A stretch of 60,556 bases of DNA from Candidatus Ratteibacteria bacterium (GTDB taxonomy: Bacteria; CAIJMQ01), in assembly GCA_028715665.1 (NCBI GenBank), contig JAQURI010000002.1, positions 1-60,556 of the forward strand. Direction: 5' to 3'. A model generated the notes under the pieces. The model saw nothing but the letters and a program-made list of their open reading frames with translations, was not told where the DNA came from and made no database searches. This document shows positions 26,388 to 36,113 of this stretch, piece after piece. The position numbers and the translations under genes are program-made. The stretch's first letter is position 1, and the number at the start of each line of letters is the position of its first letter.

Positions 26388-28167
26388 TTTGCTTCCTCCA
26401 TATCAGTAATAACCCTAACAGGATTATCAGACCTGCAAGAACCTTTGCGGAGTTGGTTTCATACCAGTTCAATCTGGTCGCCTCAATCAATTCTCCTGAT
26501 GGGACACCACCGCTATTAGTGCCTTTACCTGTCGTGTTTGCAGTTGTTGTACACGAATATTTTCCACTATTATAATCCAATGCTTTACCAGTACAATCAA
26601 GGGTAATGGTTTCTCCATACCCGTCCTGATTACAGGTATACACTATTTTACTATCAGTTCTCGTTGTCCCCGGTGTACATGCTTTCGGGACGGTCATTGT
26701 GATTGTAAAGGTTTTAGTAGCGTAATTGCTCGGTTTGTTGTAATCATATACTTTCATCGTAGCTGTTTCTGTCTTTGATATTGCTGTTGCTCCGTGTCCG
26801 ATATAGACCGCTATTGTGCCGGTTGCACCCGGAGCCAATGTTAGTTTTGCCGATTCAACGTTGCTTATTGGCGAGAATGTGCTGGTCGCCGGGAATGTTG
26901 CTGAGAACGTGCCTGTGCCTGACCCGGTGTTTTTTACAGTTACTATTGCTACACCTTTATTATCTCCGCTTGAGAATGATGGTACATCTATTGATACGAT
27001 TTCAGGTTTTCCGACTGGTATTAGAACACCCAGTTTGTCCGCTTTTACAATTAATTGTAATACGGGACTGGCTATTCTCCGGTCTGTTGATTCGATTACA
27101 GTTCCGTCATTAAGACCACCAGTAATTGATTTTACTATTTCGCCGCCGCCGGTAGATGAAACGTCTGTGATTACCGAGTCCTGAGATTCCAGAATATCTT
27201 CGTTTGCATTGTATACATTGATTGCGGATAACAGGTCATCTCGTGGTTTTGCACAATATGGGTCATTAGTATCGATGTTCTTATAACAGGTATCTATTTT
27301 CGACTGGACGACTGCTAACTGGGCTACTACATCTTCCCTGTTTGAAAGGTATGGCGTTAGATACTTTTTATCTGCAACTTTCCATTTCGGTGTTGTGTAG
27401 CTGTATGTCGGTATAAAATTATTCTGGTTCGGCCACGCCTGACCTGTGAGTAAATTCCCAGCCCATGATGCATGAACGATTTGTTCACCTGCACTGTTCT
27501 TGAAATCAAGCGACCCCGCCGATTCAGCGGAACCGATTGTTTGTGTTATTGGAATGCTGTTTATGCTTACAGTCATCTGGCCTTTCCATTGATATTCCGG
27601 GTTTCCGAACGAACCGTAAACTCCTACAGGCACTTCATCAACAAGAATAACCATATCATTACCTGTTCCCGAATATCCTGCTATATCTTTCACGACAATA
27701 CAGGATGCGTGGGAACCAAGACATTGTGCACCATTCCAAAAGTCTTTTCGATATACTTTTGTAAAAGTATACCGGGTAATCTGGGTTCCGTCGTTCCTGA
27801 TTGGATATTTCAGGGTTTCAGAGATTCCGCCCATGCTGATTTCTAATGGATACTTGACGTCAAGGTTCGGCAACCATCTCTGAAAGTCCGATTCTCCGAT
27901 TGTTCCCACTATCGACTGGCCACCACCGTTTACCGTGACTGAGATTAAGAAATTGGCATTAGCGAGGTCTTGGTCGTTTGAGATTATCGCTGGTGATGTG
28001 ATACTGTTCACTGTAAACCCCGATGACCCGGTGATTGCACCGAGTTTCAAGTTCCTGATATCTACAATACCTGTGCTGACAAGTAGTGCAGCAATAACTA
28101 GGACTAATAACGCTGCGATAATAACTGGCGTCGCAATGTTTTCGCTCTTGTTTACTACTCTCTTCAT
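26380..28167 (-). CDS. large membrane-anchored surface protein
   Basis: 595 aa; N-terminal TM then LKLGAITG.. module shared with 28601-30553 and 14958-15806; C-terminal TM. Confidence 0.7.
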   Translation of the reverse strand: MKRVVNKSENIATPVIIAALLVLVIAALLVSTGIVDIRNLKLGAITGSSGFTVNSITSPAIISNDQDLANANFLISVTVNGGGQSIVGTIGESDFQRWLPNLDVKYPLEISMGGISETLKYPIRNDGTQITRYTFTKVYRKDFWNGAQCLGSHASCIVVKDIAGYSGTGNDMVILVDEVPVGVYGSFGNPEYQWKGQMTVSINSIPITQTIGSAESAGSLDFKNSAGEQIVHASWAGNLLTGQAWPNQNNFIPTYSYTTPKWKVADKKYLTPYLSNREDVVAQLAVVQSKIDTCYKNIDTNDPYCAKPRDDLLSAINVYNANEDILESQDSVITDVSSTGGGEIVKSITGGLNDGTVIESTDRRIASPVLQLIVKADKLGVLIPVGKPEIVSIDVPSFSSGDNKGVAIVTVKNTGSGTGTFSATFPATSTFSPISNVESAKLTLAPGATGTIAVYIGHGATAISKTETATMKVYDYNKPSNYATKTFTITMTVPKACTPGTTRTDSKIVYTCNQDGYGETITLDCTGKALDYNSGKYSCTTTANTTGKGTNSGGVPSGELIEATRLNWYETNSAKVLAGLIILLGLLLIWRKQNE

Positions 28168-28595
28168 ATTCCAATCACCTTTGTTTCTTTAACTGTTGTG
28201 CCTTCATATAAAATCAGAGTCGCTTTGTTTTCCGATAGCGGAACGTCTTTCAGGACTATTCGTTCCTGTTTATCGAATGCTACTGTTACGTCGCCCACTT
28301 TAATGATTTTCTTTACCGTTTCGGTTTGTGCCGATACTGATACATCGCCTGCCTGCAACCCGAATATGGCTCCCAAGAATCCGGGAGATTCCCATAATGT
28401 TGAGGGCTGAACCCGTGCAGTGACCTCAATGAGTTTCGGACTGGCGAGGATTTCTTTCTGTACCGTAAAGTCAATGTATACGTCTTTAGTATTTCCGAAC
28501 GGTATTGTTATCGCCGCAAAATATAGTACTAGTATAGCTAGAACCGCTATTGCAAGGGTAACATTCGGGTTGCTATAGGTTTGTTTTGATGCCAT
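28164..28595 (-). CDS. membrane-anchored hypothetical protein
   Basis: ATG at 28595 (MASKQTYSNPNVTLAIAVLAILVLYF..) sits 6 nt after the upstream stop; the track start at 28682 overlaps the upstream gene. Confidence 0.55.
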   Translation of the reverse strand: MASKQTYSNPNVTLAIAVLAILVLYFAAITIPFGNTKDVYIDFTVQKEILASPKLIEVTARVQPSTLWESPGFLGAIFGLQAGDVSVSAQTETVKKIIKVGDVTVAFDKQERIVLKDVPLSENKATLILYEGTTVKETKVIGI

Positions 28596-28600
28596 AATAG

Positions 28601-30553
28601 TTATCTCCGTTTCAAGTATATGTAGTATCCGGCACCTACTATCCCGACAACCAGTAGAGCTATCAGGGCGTTTATTACCCATGCGTATCCACTTCCAATC
28701 AGGTCTTCAAGGAGTCCCGTCTGTTTCTGTAGTTTTTCGATTTCAGACGGCAATGTGTTCTTTGAAATGTTGATATTTACTGGCATTGATGTTTTTGATA
28801 ACGGGTTGTTCTTTGATTGCATTACTATTTTTGCAGAATAGTTTCCTGCTGCTCCGCTGAATGGGATGGTTGCTGTGCTTTCACCATTCGCCGGCAAGGT
28901 AAATGTTTGGACTCCACTTGACAGCGATGGCTTTGACTGTAGTGAGATATCAAACGAGTCCGGTACTTTTCCTATATTCTTGAATTTCACTATTTCATAT
29001 GAGGTTACCCCCTCTGTGGACGTCCCTCCATCTACGGATAGGATTTTCGGAATTCCGGCGTCTATTTGCATTGCAATTGTTTTTGCTTTTATTAGTAGCT
29101 GGAACTCAGGATATGTCACCGGATAGGTCGGCCTGCACACGACGGATAAAGATGGTACATCCAGAACACAATCTCTTGGTGTTGTTGTTTCCGTGGACAT
29201 GAGACCAAGCATGTTATTCAGGGTATTTTCTTTATCCGTAATCGTTTCCCGGCCTACTCCGGGGTCTCTGGCAACCGGTGCTGCCGGGGGGAGTGGGGCT
29301 GGCGGGACTGGTGGCGGTAACAGTGCCATGTTTATTGCTACTTTATTGATTGTTGGCATTGTGTTTATTTCCTGTACGAAATCCCTAAACCCTGTTGTTT
29401 TAGCTGTTATTGTATGCCTGCCTACAGTTACGTCCGGGATTGTTACCGGCGTAATCCCTGCTGCCCTGTTATCAATGTATATCGTCGCTCCGACCGGAGT
29501 TGAATTTATAACGAGAGAGCCTGCTAAGTTTGCCCAGCTATACACGAAATAGTTATTATCGAAGTTTACCAGTTCATCCAGTGTCGTTTTGTAATTACTG
29601 TATCTGGGCTTTGTGACGAATTTCAACTGGTCTTTTACCGGTGTTCCTTCCACGCCCTGAACAACGGCGAAATCAACGCCGGGCTGTGGCGGGAATACTG
29701 ATTCTATCCTTCCACCAATTGCTTTTATTCTTGCAAAGTCTCCAAGGTTACTGACCCTGTTCTGTTCGTCCATCGTAGTCTGGGCGAGAATTTCATCGTC
29801 TCTTGATAATGTGAATTGAACCTGATATTTATTGAATGGCATTGTGTCAATTAAATACCCACGGTAGTACGGCACACCGCCAAAATGTGTTACCCACCAG
29901 TTCCCGCTCTTATCTGCGCCGAACGGAATGTTTGATGCTTCCGGCATAACGTATGCCCATCTTCCGATATCGACCATGAGATTAACGTCCCCTCCAGATG
30001 GGAAATTACCGAGATGATTCATCTTTGGTGCCTGTCCGTTCGGGTCTACATACGTGCCCAGAGCGGATGCACGGGTTGTGAGCTTTGTGGCTTTTGAGTA
30101 TGGTACTGGTTGTGAGAGGTCTGCTGTTGCCGTGCTTTCGTATACTTTGTACATCACAACATCGTTATACAGTTTATACTGTAGTGACATATCCTGAAGC
30201 TCTACTGAAAGTGTAAGGTTTCCAAGCAACGTGTCCGGGATACCCATCCTGTTCAGGTCGTCCTGAGTTACGGTCGCTTTGATGCACTCCCCGCCCTTAT
30301 CTGCACGTACAGTTACCAAGTAGATTTTTTCATTGTTAAGTGTGGGTTCGTTGCTGATTGTCTTGATATCACTGACTCCGATAACTGTGAAATCACAGGT
30401 AGGTGCAGGGGTTATCGAGCCAAGTTTCAGGGTTGTTCCGAACAGGCCGAAATACGCCCCGGCCAGCCCAGATATTATTAGAACTGCGGCTATGATTGGT
30501 ATATATCCTGAATATTTATTGCCTTTTGATTTTCTCGATGTCATTTTAATCAC
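28601..30553 (-). CDS. large PEGA-domain surface protein
   Basis: 650 aa; clear PEGA motif INSTPVGATIYIDNRAAGITPVTIPDVTVGRHTITAKTTGF; proline-rich linker; N- and C-terminal TM. Confidence 0.8.
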   Translation of the reverse strand: MIKMTSRKSKGNKYSGYIPIIAAVLIISGLAGAYFGLFGTTLKLGSITPAPTCDFTVIGVSDIKTISNEPTLNNEKIYLVTVRADKGGECIKATVTQDDLNRMGIPDTLLGNLTLSVELQDMSLQYKLYNDVVMYKVYESTATADLSQPVPYSKATKLTTRASALGTYVDPNGQAPKMNHLGNFPSGGDVNLMVDIGRWAYVMPEASNIPFGADKSGNWWVTHFGGVPYYRGYLIDTMPFNKYQVQFTLSRDDEILAQTTMDEQNRVSNLGDFARIKAIGGRIESVFPPQPGVDFAVVQGVEGTPVKDQLKFVTKPRYSNYKTTLDELVNFDNNYFVYSWANLAGSLVINSTPVGATIYIDNRAAGITPVTIPDVTVGRHTITAKTTGFRDFVQEINTMPTINKVAINMALLPPPVPPAPLPPAAPVARDPGVGRETITDKENTLNNMLGLMSTETTTPRDCVLDVPSLSVVCRPTYPVTYPEFQLLIKAKTIAMQIDAGIPKILSVDGGTSTEGVTSYEIVKFKNIGKVPDSFDISLQSKPSLSSGVQTFTLPANGESTATIPFSGAAGNYSAKIVMQSKNNPLSKTSMPVNINISKNTLPSEIEKLQKQTGLLEDLIGSGYAWVINALIALLVVGIVGAGYYIYLKRR

Positions 30554-30834
30554 CGATTATATAGCATTCTTGCATCATTATTTCTTAACGGTCTATCTGT
30601 TGGATTTAGTGCGTTCAAAAATTTATGAACGTCACTAACCCGTTTCATGCGCCTATATGCATTGAGTGCCATCTCTTTATCAGTATAATTTCCTCTTTCA
30701 ACCTGTGTGTAGTTGTTTTTCAGATGGACGGATACTTCGTAAAATTGTGTTTGTCTTGTTCCTTTGATAAATCCCATGAATAAAATCAGGTATTTTCCTA
30801 TTGTTTTGGTTCTTTCCTCTGTCATTTTAATCAC
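30550..30834 (-). CDS. hypothetical protein
   Basis: 94-aa ORF (GTG start; ATG at 30825 is an alternative); 4-nt overlap with the downstream gene. Confidence 0.5.
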   Translation of the reverse strand: MIKMTEERTKTIGKYLILFMGFIKGTRQTQFYEVSVHLKNNYTQVERGNYTDKEMALNAYRRMKRVSDVHKFLNALNPTDRPLRNNDARMLYNR

Positions 30835-30959
30835 CTTAACCGTTCGCCTTTATGTGTACTAGCACACTTCTTGCATTTATAGATTTGATATTCACCTGTC
30901 AGATTCTGGTATTTACCGTGCTTGATAATTTTTGTAGAACCACACTTCTTGCATCTCAT
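30831..30959 (-). CDS. zinc-ribbon protein (42 aa)
   Basis: hand-translated MRCKKCGSTKIIKHGKYQNLTGEYQIYKCKKCASTHKG; first ORF after the TATATATATA box at about 30985. Confidence 0.45.
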   Translation of the reverse strand: MRCKKCGSTKIIKHGKYQNLTGEYQIYKCKKCASTHKGERLR

Positions 30960-31076
30960 GCTTAGGGACTATATGGTTGTCTATATATATACTTATGTGT
31001 GTGGTTAGAACGTTGAAATAGATAACGAATTTTTGTTAAAAATAAGTATTAAAAAAAGATATAACGGTTGGTTGGT

Positions 31077-31349
31077 CTATTTCTTGCTTAGACCAATCAA
31101 CCCACCGAGTCCACCGAACAGTGCTGCTATTCCACCAACCCCGATTGCTGGGAGGATGAAATACGCACCAACCATGATGACAACCAAAACTATGATTATC
31201 GTCAGGAATGAGCCGACAAGGATTGCAAGCATGTTAGTATATAGAATATACGCTACTGCTGCCACTGCAATTAGTAATGCTATTCCCTTAAAGTTCAGTT
31301 CTTTTTGTTCTCTTTTATTATTTGTTCTTTTTGCCATAGATATCACCAC
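31077..31349 (-). CDS. membrane protein
   Basis: 90 aa; three hydrophobic, Gly-rich helices. Confidence 0.55.
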   Translation of the reverse strand: MVISMAKRTNNKREQKELNFKGIALLIAVAAVAYILYTNMLAILVGSFLTIIIVLVVIMVGAYFILPAIGVGGIAALFGGLGGLIGLSKK

Positions 31350-31681
31350 TGAAATGTTCTAGATGTCAACAACCACGGGAAATCATGTCTTGTCGGTTTG
31401 AATGGATATACATCTGACCTGAATTCAACGAACCTTTCATACGCATGGCCTTCCACATCTATACCGTACCAATATTGCCCATTAGAAACATCTTTGCTTC
31501 CAATAATTGTCAGGGTTTTTATTCCTATTTTTCGTTGTTTCCAGCTTTTGTTACCAGCAATGTGCATATCGTATACACTTGCTCTTCTTTTTATATTGGT
31601 TCGATTATCAACATTTAAAACGTCTTGAAAGCCATGAATTGCTGCTTCTCGTAAATTACTGTGTCTTGTCAATTTAACCAC
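31343..31681 (-). CDS. hypothetical protein
   Basis: 112-aa ORF overlapping both neighbours. Confidence 0.5.
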   Translation of the reverse strand: MVKLTRHSNLREAAIHGFQDVLNVDNRTNIKRRASVYDMHIAGNKSWKQRKIGIKTLTIIGSKDVSNGQYWYGIDVEGHAYERFVEFRSDVYPFKPTRHDFPWLLTSRTFQW

Positions 31682-32567
31682 CAGCTTTCTTCTCCATCTC
31701 CATCCAGAGGTTCATGAGTTTCATAGAATCCTGCCACGATAATTTCTTTTTCGTGTTAATGCTTTCTGCCAAGCCTTTCAGTTCATCAAACTGGCCTTGT
31801 GTTGGGAATATATAATAGTCCGGGCTGCTCAATATCATCTCGTCTGATATTGTAACTTCTTTTGAACCGAGAACAATTGCGTATTGTTTTCCTGAACCTT
31901 TAACGGTCATCATTGCTGTCCTGAATGGAACATAAGATATTGCAGTTGATTTATAGGTCTGTACCATATTCGCAGTTATTGCTTTTGGTTCCTCTACTTC
32001 CGCTTTCAGCCCGGATTTGTTTATCGCATTCTGTAATCCGATTTTTGCCTGTGCCGGCATTTTTTCAGAAACCAATAGTTTTCCCAGTACATCGAAGTTC
32101 TGGCGTTTTACGGCTTCGTATATCTTTTTCTTACTGGAATTCGTATCGAATTCTTTACATGCAGTAATTTCACCTGTTTCTGTATCTGCACATCTGGGCT
32201 TCAGGTCTTCCAGTGCGGAATCTATCTCCATTCTTTTTGTCTGGAGTTTCTGTAAGATTTTGGCTGCATTCTTACTGTTTTGTGTTTTTGCATCGATTTC
32301 AAGCTCTTTTATCCGGGCATTGAGATGTGATTGTTTCAGTAAGAGTTTCCGGGTCGGGTCACGTTCTATCAATTCCTGAATGTCTTCTATGGTCGTCTTA
32401 ACGTCGTACAGGACGTTTCCAGGAGTGATAGCACTCATTGACCAGTCTACTTTATTAAGCTGGTTGCTTATCGATGATGTCGATGTCGTTGCTTCCTGTG
32501 CCATTGCAGGTACTGCTGCAAAAGCTATCAGGAACAATAGTATATATATTGCTTTCATGGTTTTCAT
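31674..32567 (-). CDS. secreted coiled-coil protein
   Basis: 297 aa; signal peptide MKTMKAIYILLFLIAFAAVPAMA. Confidence 0.6.
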   Translation of the reverse strand: MKTMKAIYILLFLIAFAAVPAMAQEATTSTSSISNQLNKVDWSMSAITPGNVLYDVKTTIEDIQELIERDPTRKLLLKQSHLNARIKELEIDAKTQNSKNAAKILQKLQTKRMEIDSALEDLKPRCADTETGEITACKEFDTNSSKKKIYEAVKRQNFDVLGKLLVSEKMPAQAKIGLQNAINKSGLKAEVEEPKAITANMVQTYKSTAISYVPFRTAMMTVKGSGKQYAIVLGSKEVTISDEMILSSPDYYIFPTQGQFDELKGLAESINTKKKLSWQDSMKLMNLWMEMEKKAGG

Positions 32568-32917
32568 CTCTCATGCTTCATAGGCGATTTTAATAGTGAA
32601 TCCGATTCGGCTCTCGCCGCACTTAAACCTCCCGTGCAACTGCCGGATGGTGGGTATATTTTATTCTTTTTTGGAATTAGTCTAATTATATCAGCTACTT
32701 TCTTGGCTTCTCCTACCTGAGTGCTTGTCGTCTGGCTTATGAAGTGGCCACCGTCTTTCGTATAATCCAAGACGATTTTCTTTCCAGCCCCATCAGTCAA
32801 TCCGATTTGTAAATCATATGAGAACAGATTTAACCCGTCTGTACTCATCGTTTTCTCTCTTGCCGGGTGGTTGTGTTTCCATGCTTCAACTATTCTTTCA
32901 TGTGATTTTCTTGACAT
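32564..32917 (-). CDS. hypothetical protein
   Basis: 117-aa ORF, 4-nt overlap downstream. Confidence 0.5.
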   Translation of the reverse strand: MSRKSHERIVEAWKHNHPAREKTMSTDGLNLFSYDLQIGLTDGAGKKIVLDYTKDGGHFISQTTSTQVGEAKKVADIIRLIPKKNKIYPPSGSCTGGLSAARAESDSLLKSPMKHER

Positions 32918-33108
32918 TGTTTAATTTCCTCCAAATTTTTCTTGGGTTTTGTCTCATAAAGTTTCTGGCATTAAGAATATAAGTATCTTTGTACCGTTAT
33001 CGTTCTCATATTTATACAGGTCTTTACGGTTCTGGTCAATCTTTTTCCGCGTTCCTATTCTTGCCATGATTTTATCTCTTTTTTCCTTTCTTTAATTTGT
33101 TTTATAAG

Positions 33109-33378
33109 TTATCGCATCTGTGGGGATTTGGAGACGTCTTTTATATTTTTCTTGGTCGCTGCCTTGACATGCTCTGGAGCCTTGCCCGAAGCATCTGCGA
33201 GTTCACGCCAGCCCACGTTTTTCTTGCCTTGTTTCAAAACCTCATCTGCTGACGTATCCATCAACATAACTGCTTTTTCAAGTGTTTGCACTCCTTTTTT
33301 AATAATTTGTCGTCTTCGTTTTTCTTCTTTTCGCCGTCTATTCCATGCGATAATTTTTGATTTAAATGAGTCAGACAT
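33109..33378 (-). CDS. hypothetical protein with GW..APEHVKAATK module
   Basis: 89 aa; C-terminal GWRELADASGKAPEHVKAATKKNIKDVSKSPQ repeats a module of the next gene (DNA repeat 33115-33200 / 34125-34205). Confidence 0.5.
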   Translation of the reverse strand: MSDSFKSKIIAWNRRRKEEKRRRQIIKKGVQTLEKAVMLMDTSADEVLKQGKKNVGWRELADASGKAPEHVKAATKKNIKDVSKSPQMR

Positions 33379-33389
33379 AAGCAGCCTCT

Positions 33390-34319
33390 TTAGTTTGTCC
33401 CGTAAGCTATCGCACCCGATGGAAGTTCTAATTCTGCACCGTCATAATTATCGAGGAAATGGGATACACCGTCGGTGTCGATTGCATCTTCCGCTGCCTT
33501 TTCGATATCGATTCTTATAAAGCTCTGTTTCATCAGGTCTTCTCTGGAATAGATGCCCTGCTGTTCAACGAAGTATTCTACAGGGTCTTCAAGGGCATCT
33601 TGAATCTGGTCTGATTTACTTGACCTCAGTGAGTCTTTTGCCTTCTCAATGAGGTCGTCCTGTTTTGTCCGAAGCCCTTCCAACTTTCCTTCAACGTCTT
33701 CGCTTTCAGATTCAAATAATTCGTTCTTTTTAACTTCAAGGTCGTTCCATTCTTCATCAAGACCGGCTTCTTTGACCAATTCTTCGTCGTCCATTCCTTC
33801 AATCTGACTGTCTGCTTCTTCCCCGGCGATTATCCTTTTATCTGTATCATATACCGTAATGAAGTTCTGTAACCAGCTTTGAGTGAATACTTCTGGTTCG
33901 TTCTCAAGGTCTTCTTTTACTTTTGCTTTTGCTGCTTCCCGTGCATCATCTTCATCCTTGAATACAATCCATTCCCGTTCTCCGTTACTGCCTTCTCCTT
34001 CTGTAGATTCCAGTGCAATTGCTCCAAGGTCTGTGTAATACTGGTAATTACTGAGTTTGGTCTTTACTCCAAGCTCTTTTTCCAGTTCCTTTTTGGCGAC
34101 TACTTTCCAGTCCTTCTCTTTCTTGACCTGTGGGGATTTGGAGACCCCTTTAACTTTGTTCCGGGTCGCTGCTTTGACGTGTTCTGGAGCTTTTCCTGAA
34201 ATGTCCGGGGCTTCTTCCCAGCCTTTGTTTTTTATTACTTTTCCGGAAGGTAATCGTATATTTTTTCCTCTTAACTTTTTCGAGGCTTCTTCCCATGTGA
34301 TTGTTTCTTCTTTTACCAT
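33390..34319 (-). CDS. acidic hypothetical protein with GW..APEHVKAATR module
   Basis: 309 aa; N-terminal GWEEAPDISGKAPEHVKAATRNKVKGVSKSPQ; D/E-rich remainder. Confidence 0.6.
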   Translation of the reverse strand: MVKEETITWEEASKKLRGKNIRLPSGKVIKNKGWEEAPDISGKAPEHVKAATRNKVKGVSKSPQVKKEKDWKVVAKKELEKELGVKTKLSNYQYYTDLGAIALESTEGEGSNGEREWIVFKDEDDAREAAKAKVKEDLENEPEVFTQSWLQNFITVYDTDKRIIAGEEADSQIEGMDDEELVKEAGLDEEWNDLEVKKNELFESESEDVEGKLEGLRTKQDDLIEKAKDSLRSSKSDQIQDALEDPVEYFVEQQGIYSREDLMKQSFIRIDIEKAAEDAIDTDGVSHFLDNYDGAELELPSGAIAYGTN

Positions 34320-34321
34320 AA

Positions 34322-34528
34322 TTATTCCCTCATAATTTGTCCATGTGATTTCAGGTATCTTATTGCGATATCCGGCAGATATACGTCTTTTCCTGTGCCC
34401 CAGTATCTTTTTCCACCTACTGATATTTCAAAGGCACCTGAGTTCCCAAACTGTCTTTCGTGGGTTGCCTTTCTCTGGATTGTTCCTATGAACTGGTTTG
34501 TGCTTTTTGACAATACATCTAGTTTCAT
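34322..34528 (-). CDS. hypothetical protein
   Basis: 68-aa ORF in chain. Confidence 0.45.
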   Translation of the reverse strand: MKLDVLSKSTNQFIGTIQRKATHERQFGNSGAFEISVGGKRYWGTGKDVYLPDIAIRYLKSHGQIMRE

Positions 34529-34534
34529 TTTCAG

Positions 34535-34729
34535 TTACCTCATTGGCGTTATCGTTGCACGTTTTCTCGCCCAACGACTTAGTTCTTTTAGACTTGCTTT
34601 GGCTGCACTTATTGAACAATAAGTGTAATTAATATACCCGCCCATCTGAGATGGATAACGCACTTTTGTCTTTATTCCATCTTTGTAATATTTTCCACCA
34701 ACGCTGTGTATTATGATTCCTTTTGGCAT
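34535..34729 (-). CDS. hypothetical protein
   Basis: 64-aa ORF in chain. Confidence 0.45.
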   Translation of the reverse strand: MPKGIIIHSVGGKYYKDGIKTKVRYPSQMGGYINYTYCSISAAKASLKELSRWARKRATITPMR

Positions 34730-34734
34730 GTTAT

Positions 34735-35283
34735 TTACCTCAATTTCAGTCTATCTAGCGTGTACGCTATCGTATCCTCAAGATACTCCCTGAGCATATG
34801 TTTCTGGTTCAGCCTCTGGGCGTCCTGACCGTTAAATTCGAGCTTGAATTCACCCATAGATTCATTCTTGGGAAATATTACTGTGAAGTCTGCATAATCA
34901 TCGTAGAAACCCCCTTCATCCATTGCATGGAATGAATTGCTTGCTCTCCATGAAGACTTTGTTTCCTCGACCGACCATCCTGAGTTTATTCCTGAGCCGT
35001 GTAGTTCTCTGATAAACCCGTTCACTTTGGCAATGTTCGGAGAGTGTGGGTGCTTGAATCCCCATGGTGCCTTACTTATAACTACAACATCATCAGGTTG
35101 CACAATTACATCGTAAGGTATTATGTCTCCTCCGGCCATTTGGTGCGTGCCGAAATTTACTGTATATCCGGTCTTTCCCCATCTGCCCTGTACCGTCCCT
35201 ATGCCTGCATTTTTATGGAATTTGTATCCATGGAAACTGGGTTTTAATCTTACCTTTGTTCCGGTCTTTAGAATTTCCGGCAT
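34735..35283 (-). CDS. hypothetical protein
   Basis: 182-aa ORF in chain. Confidence 0.55.
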   Translation of the reverse strand: MPEILKTGTKVRLKPSFHGYKFHKNAGIGTVQGRWGKTGYTVNFGTHQMAGGDIIPYDVIVQPDDVVVISKAPWGFKHPHSPNIAKVNGFIRELHGSGINSGWSVEETKSSWRASNSFHAMDEGGFYDDYADFTVIFPKNESMGEFKLEFNGQDAQRLNQKHMLREYLEDTIAYTLDRLKLR

Positions 35284-35286
35284 GGT

Positions 35287-35730
35287 TTACGACCTCCGTA
35301 TTTTTCGTTCGATTTCCAGTCTTCTCCTCTCTTGGATTTGAGCCGGGGTTTCGACCGGATGATACTGGTCAATTACCCTCATGGACGCCATAATCTCTTC
35401 TAACGCTTTTGCGTCTTCCGGCCTGTCACTGTAGGCACCCTGCGCCCGTTTAGCGTATAGAGCTTGCCAGATTATATTTCGCTTTCTTCCATTCAACTGC
35501 ACTTTTACAGAAACACTGTCAGGCAATGCTTTGACCATTGTTCTTTGTCGTTCCATTATTATCCGTGCTCCAATTTTTGAGACAGGAACGTTCAGCATTC
35601 GTGAGTATTCAAATTTTAGCCCTTTTATTCGTTCTGTGGCTGTCCCTTTAGGGATGACAATATCTATTATATCAATTCGTTCCCCTGTGCTTTTCCAGTT
35701 AAATTCTACTCTAATTTTTTCTTCTGCCAT
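35287..35730 (-). CDS. hypothetical protein
   Basis: 147-aa ORF in chain. Confidence 0.55.
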   Translation of the reverse strand: MAEEKIRVEFNWKSTGERIDIIDIVIPKGTATERIKGLKFEYSRMLNVPVSKIGARIIMERQRTMVKALPDSVSVKVQLNGRKRNIIWQALYAKRAQGAYSDRPEDAKALEEIMASMRVIDQYHPVETPAQIQERRRLEIERKIRRS

Positions 35731-35752
35731 TATTATACTCTCCTTGATTTTA

Positions 35753-36100
35753 TTATTTCAACTTCCCCCAATAAGTTTTTGAGTTGCTTCTGTGTATAAT
35801 TTCATGCGTCCTGTTGTTAAGCCTGTCAAAATCCTGTGTGGCTTTTCCACCATCTGTCTGCCAGAATGATGAAAATTTATTGGTGTCGATGTTTAATCCA
35901 AAATATTTTTCCAGCCATTTTTTCGATACTCTTTTAGCCGAGATATAGAACGGGCTGTCTCTTGCTGTAATCTGAACGATAGCAAAATGTGGGTTGTTCT
36001 TTTCAAATTTGTTCTTTGCATCTGTTTTGTTTTTGCCATTTACAACTCGTTCAATGGTTGTATTTTTCGTCCAGTGCTGTCCGATTATTTCGTATCTCAT
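35753..36100 (-). CDS. hypothetical protein
   Basis: 115-aa ORF in chain. Confidence 0.5.
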   Translation of the reverse strand: MRYEIIGQHWTKNTTIERVVNGKNKTDAKNKFEKNNPHFAIVQITARDSPFYISAKRVSKKWLEKYFGLNIDTNKFSSFWQTDGGKATQDFDRLNNRTHEIIHRSNSKTYWGKLK

Positions 36101-36113
36101 ATTTACGCCTCCT

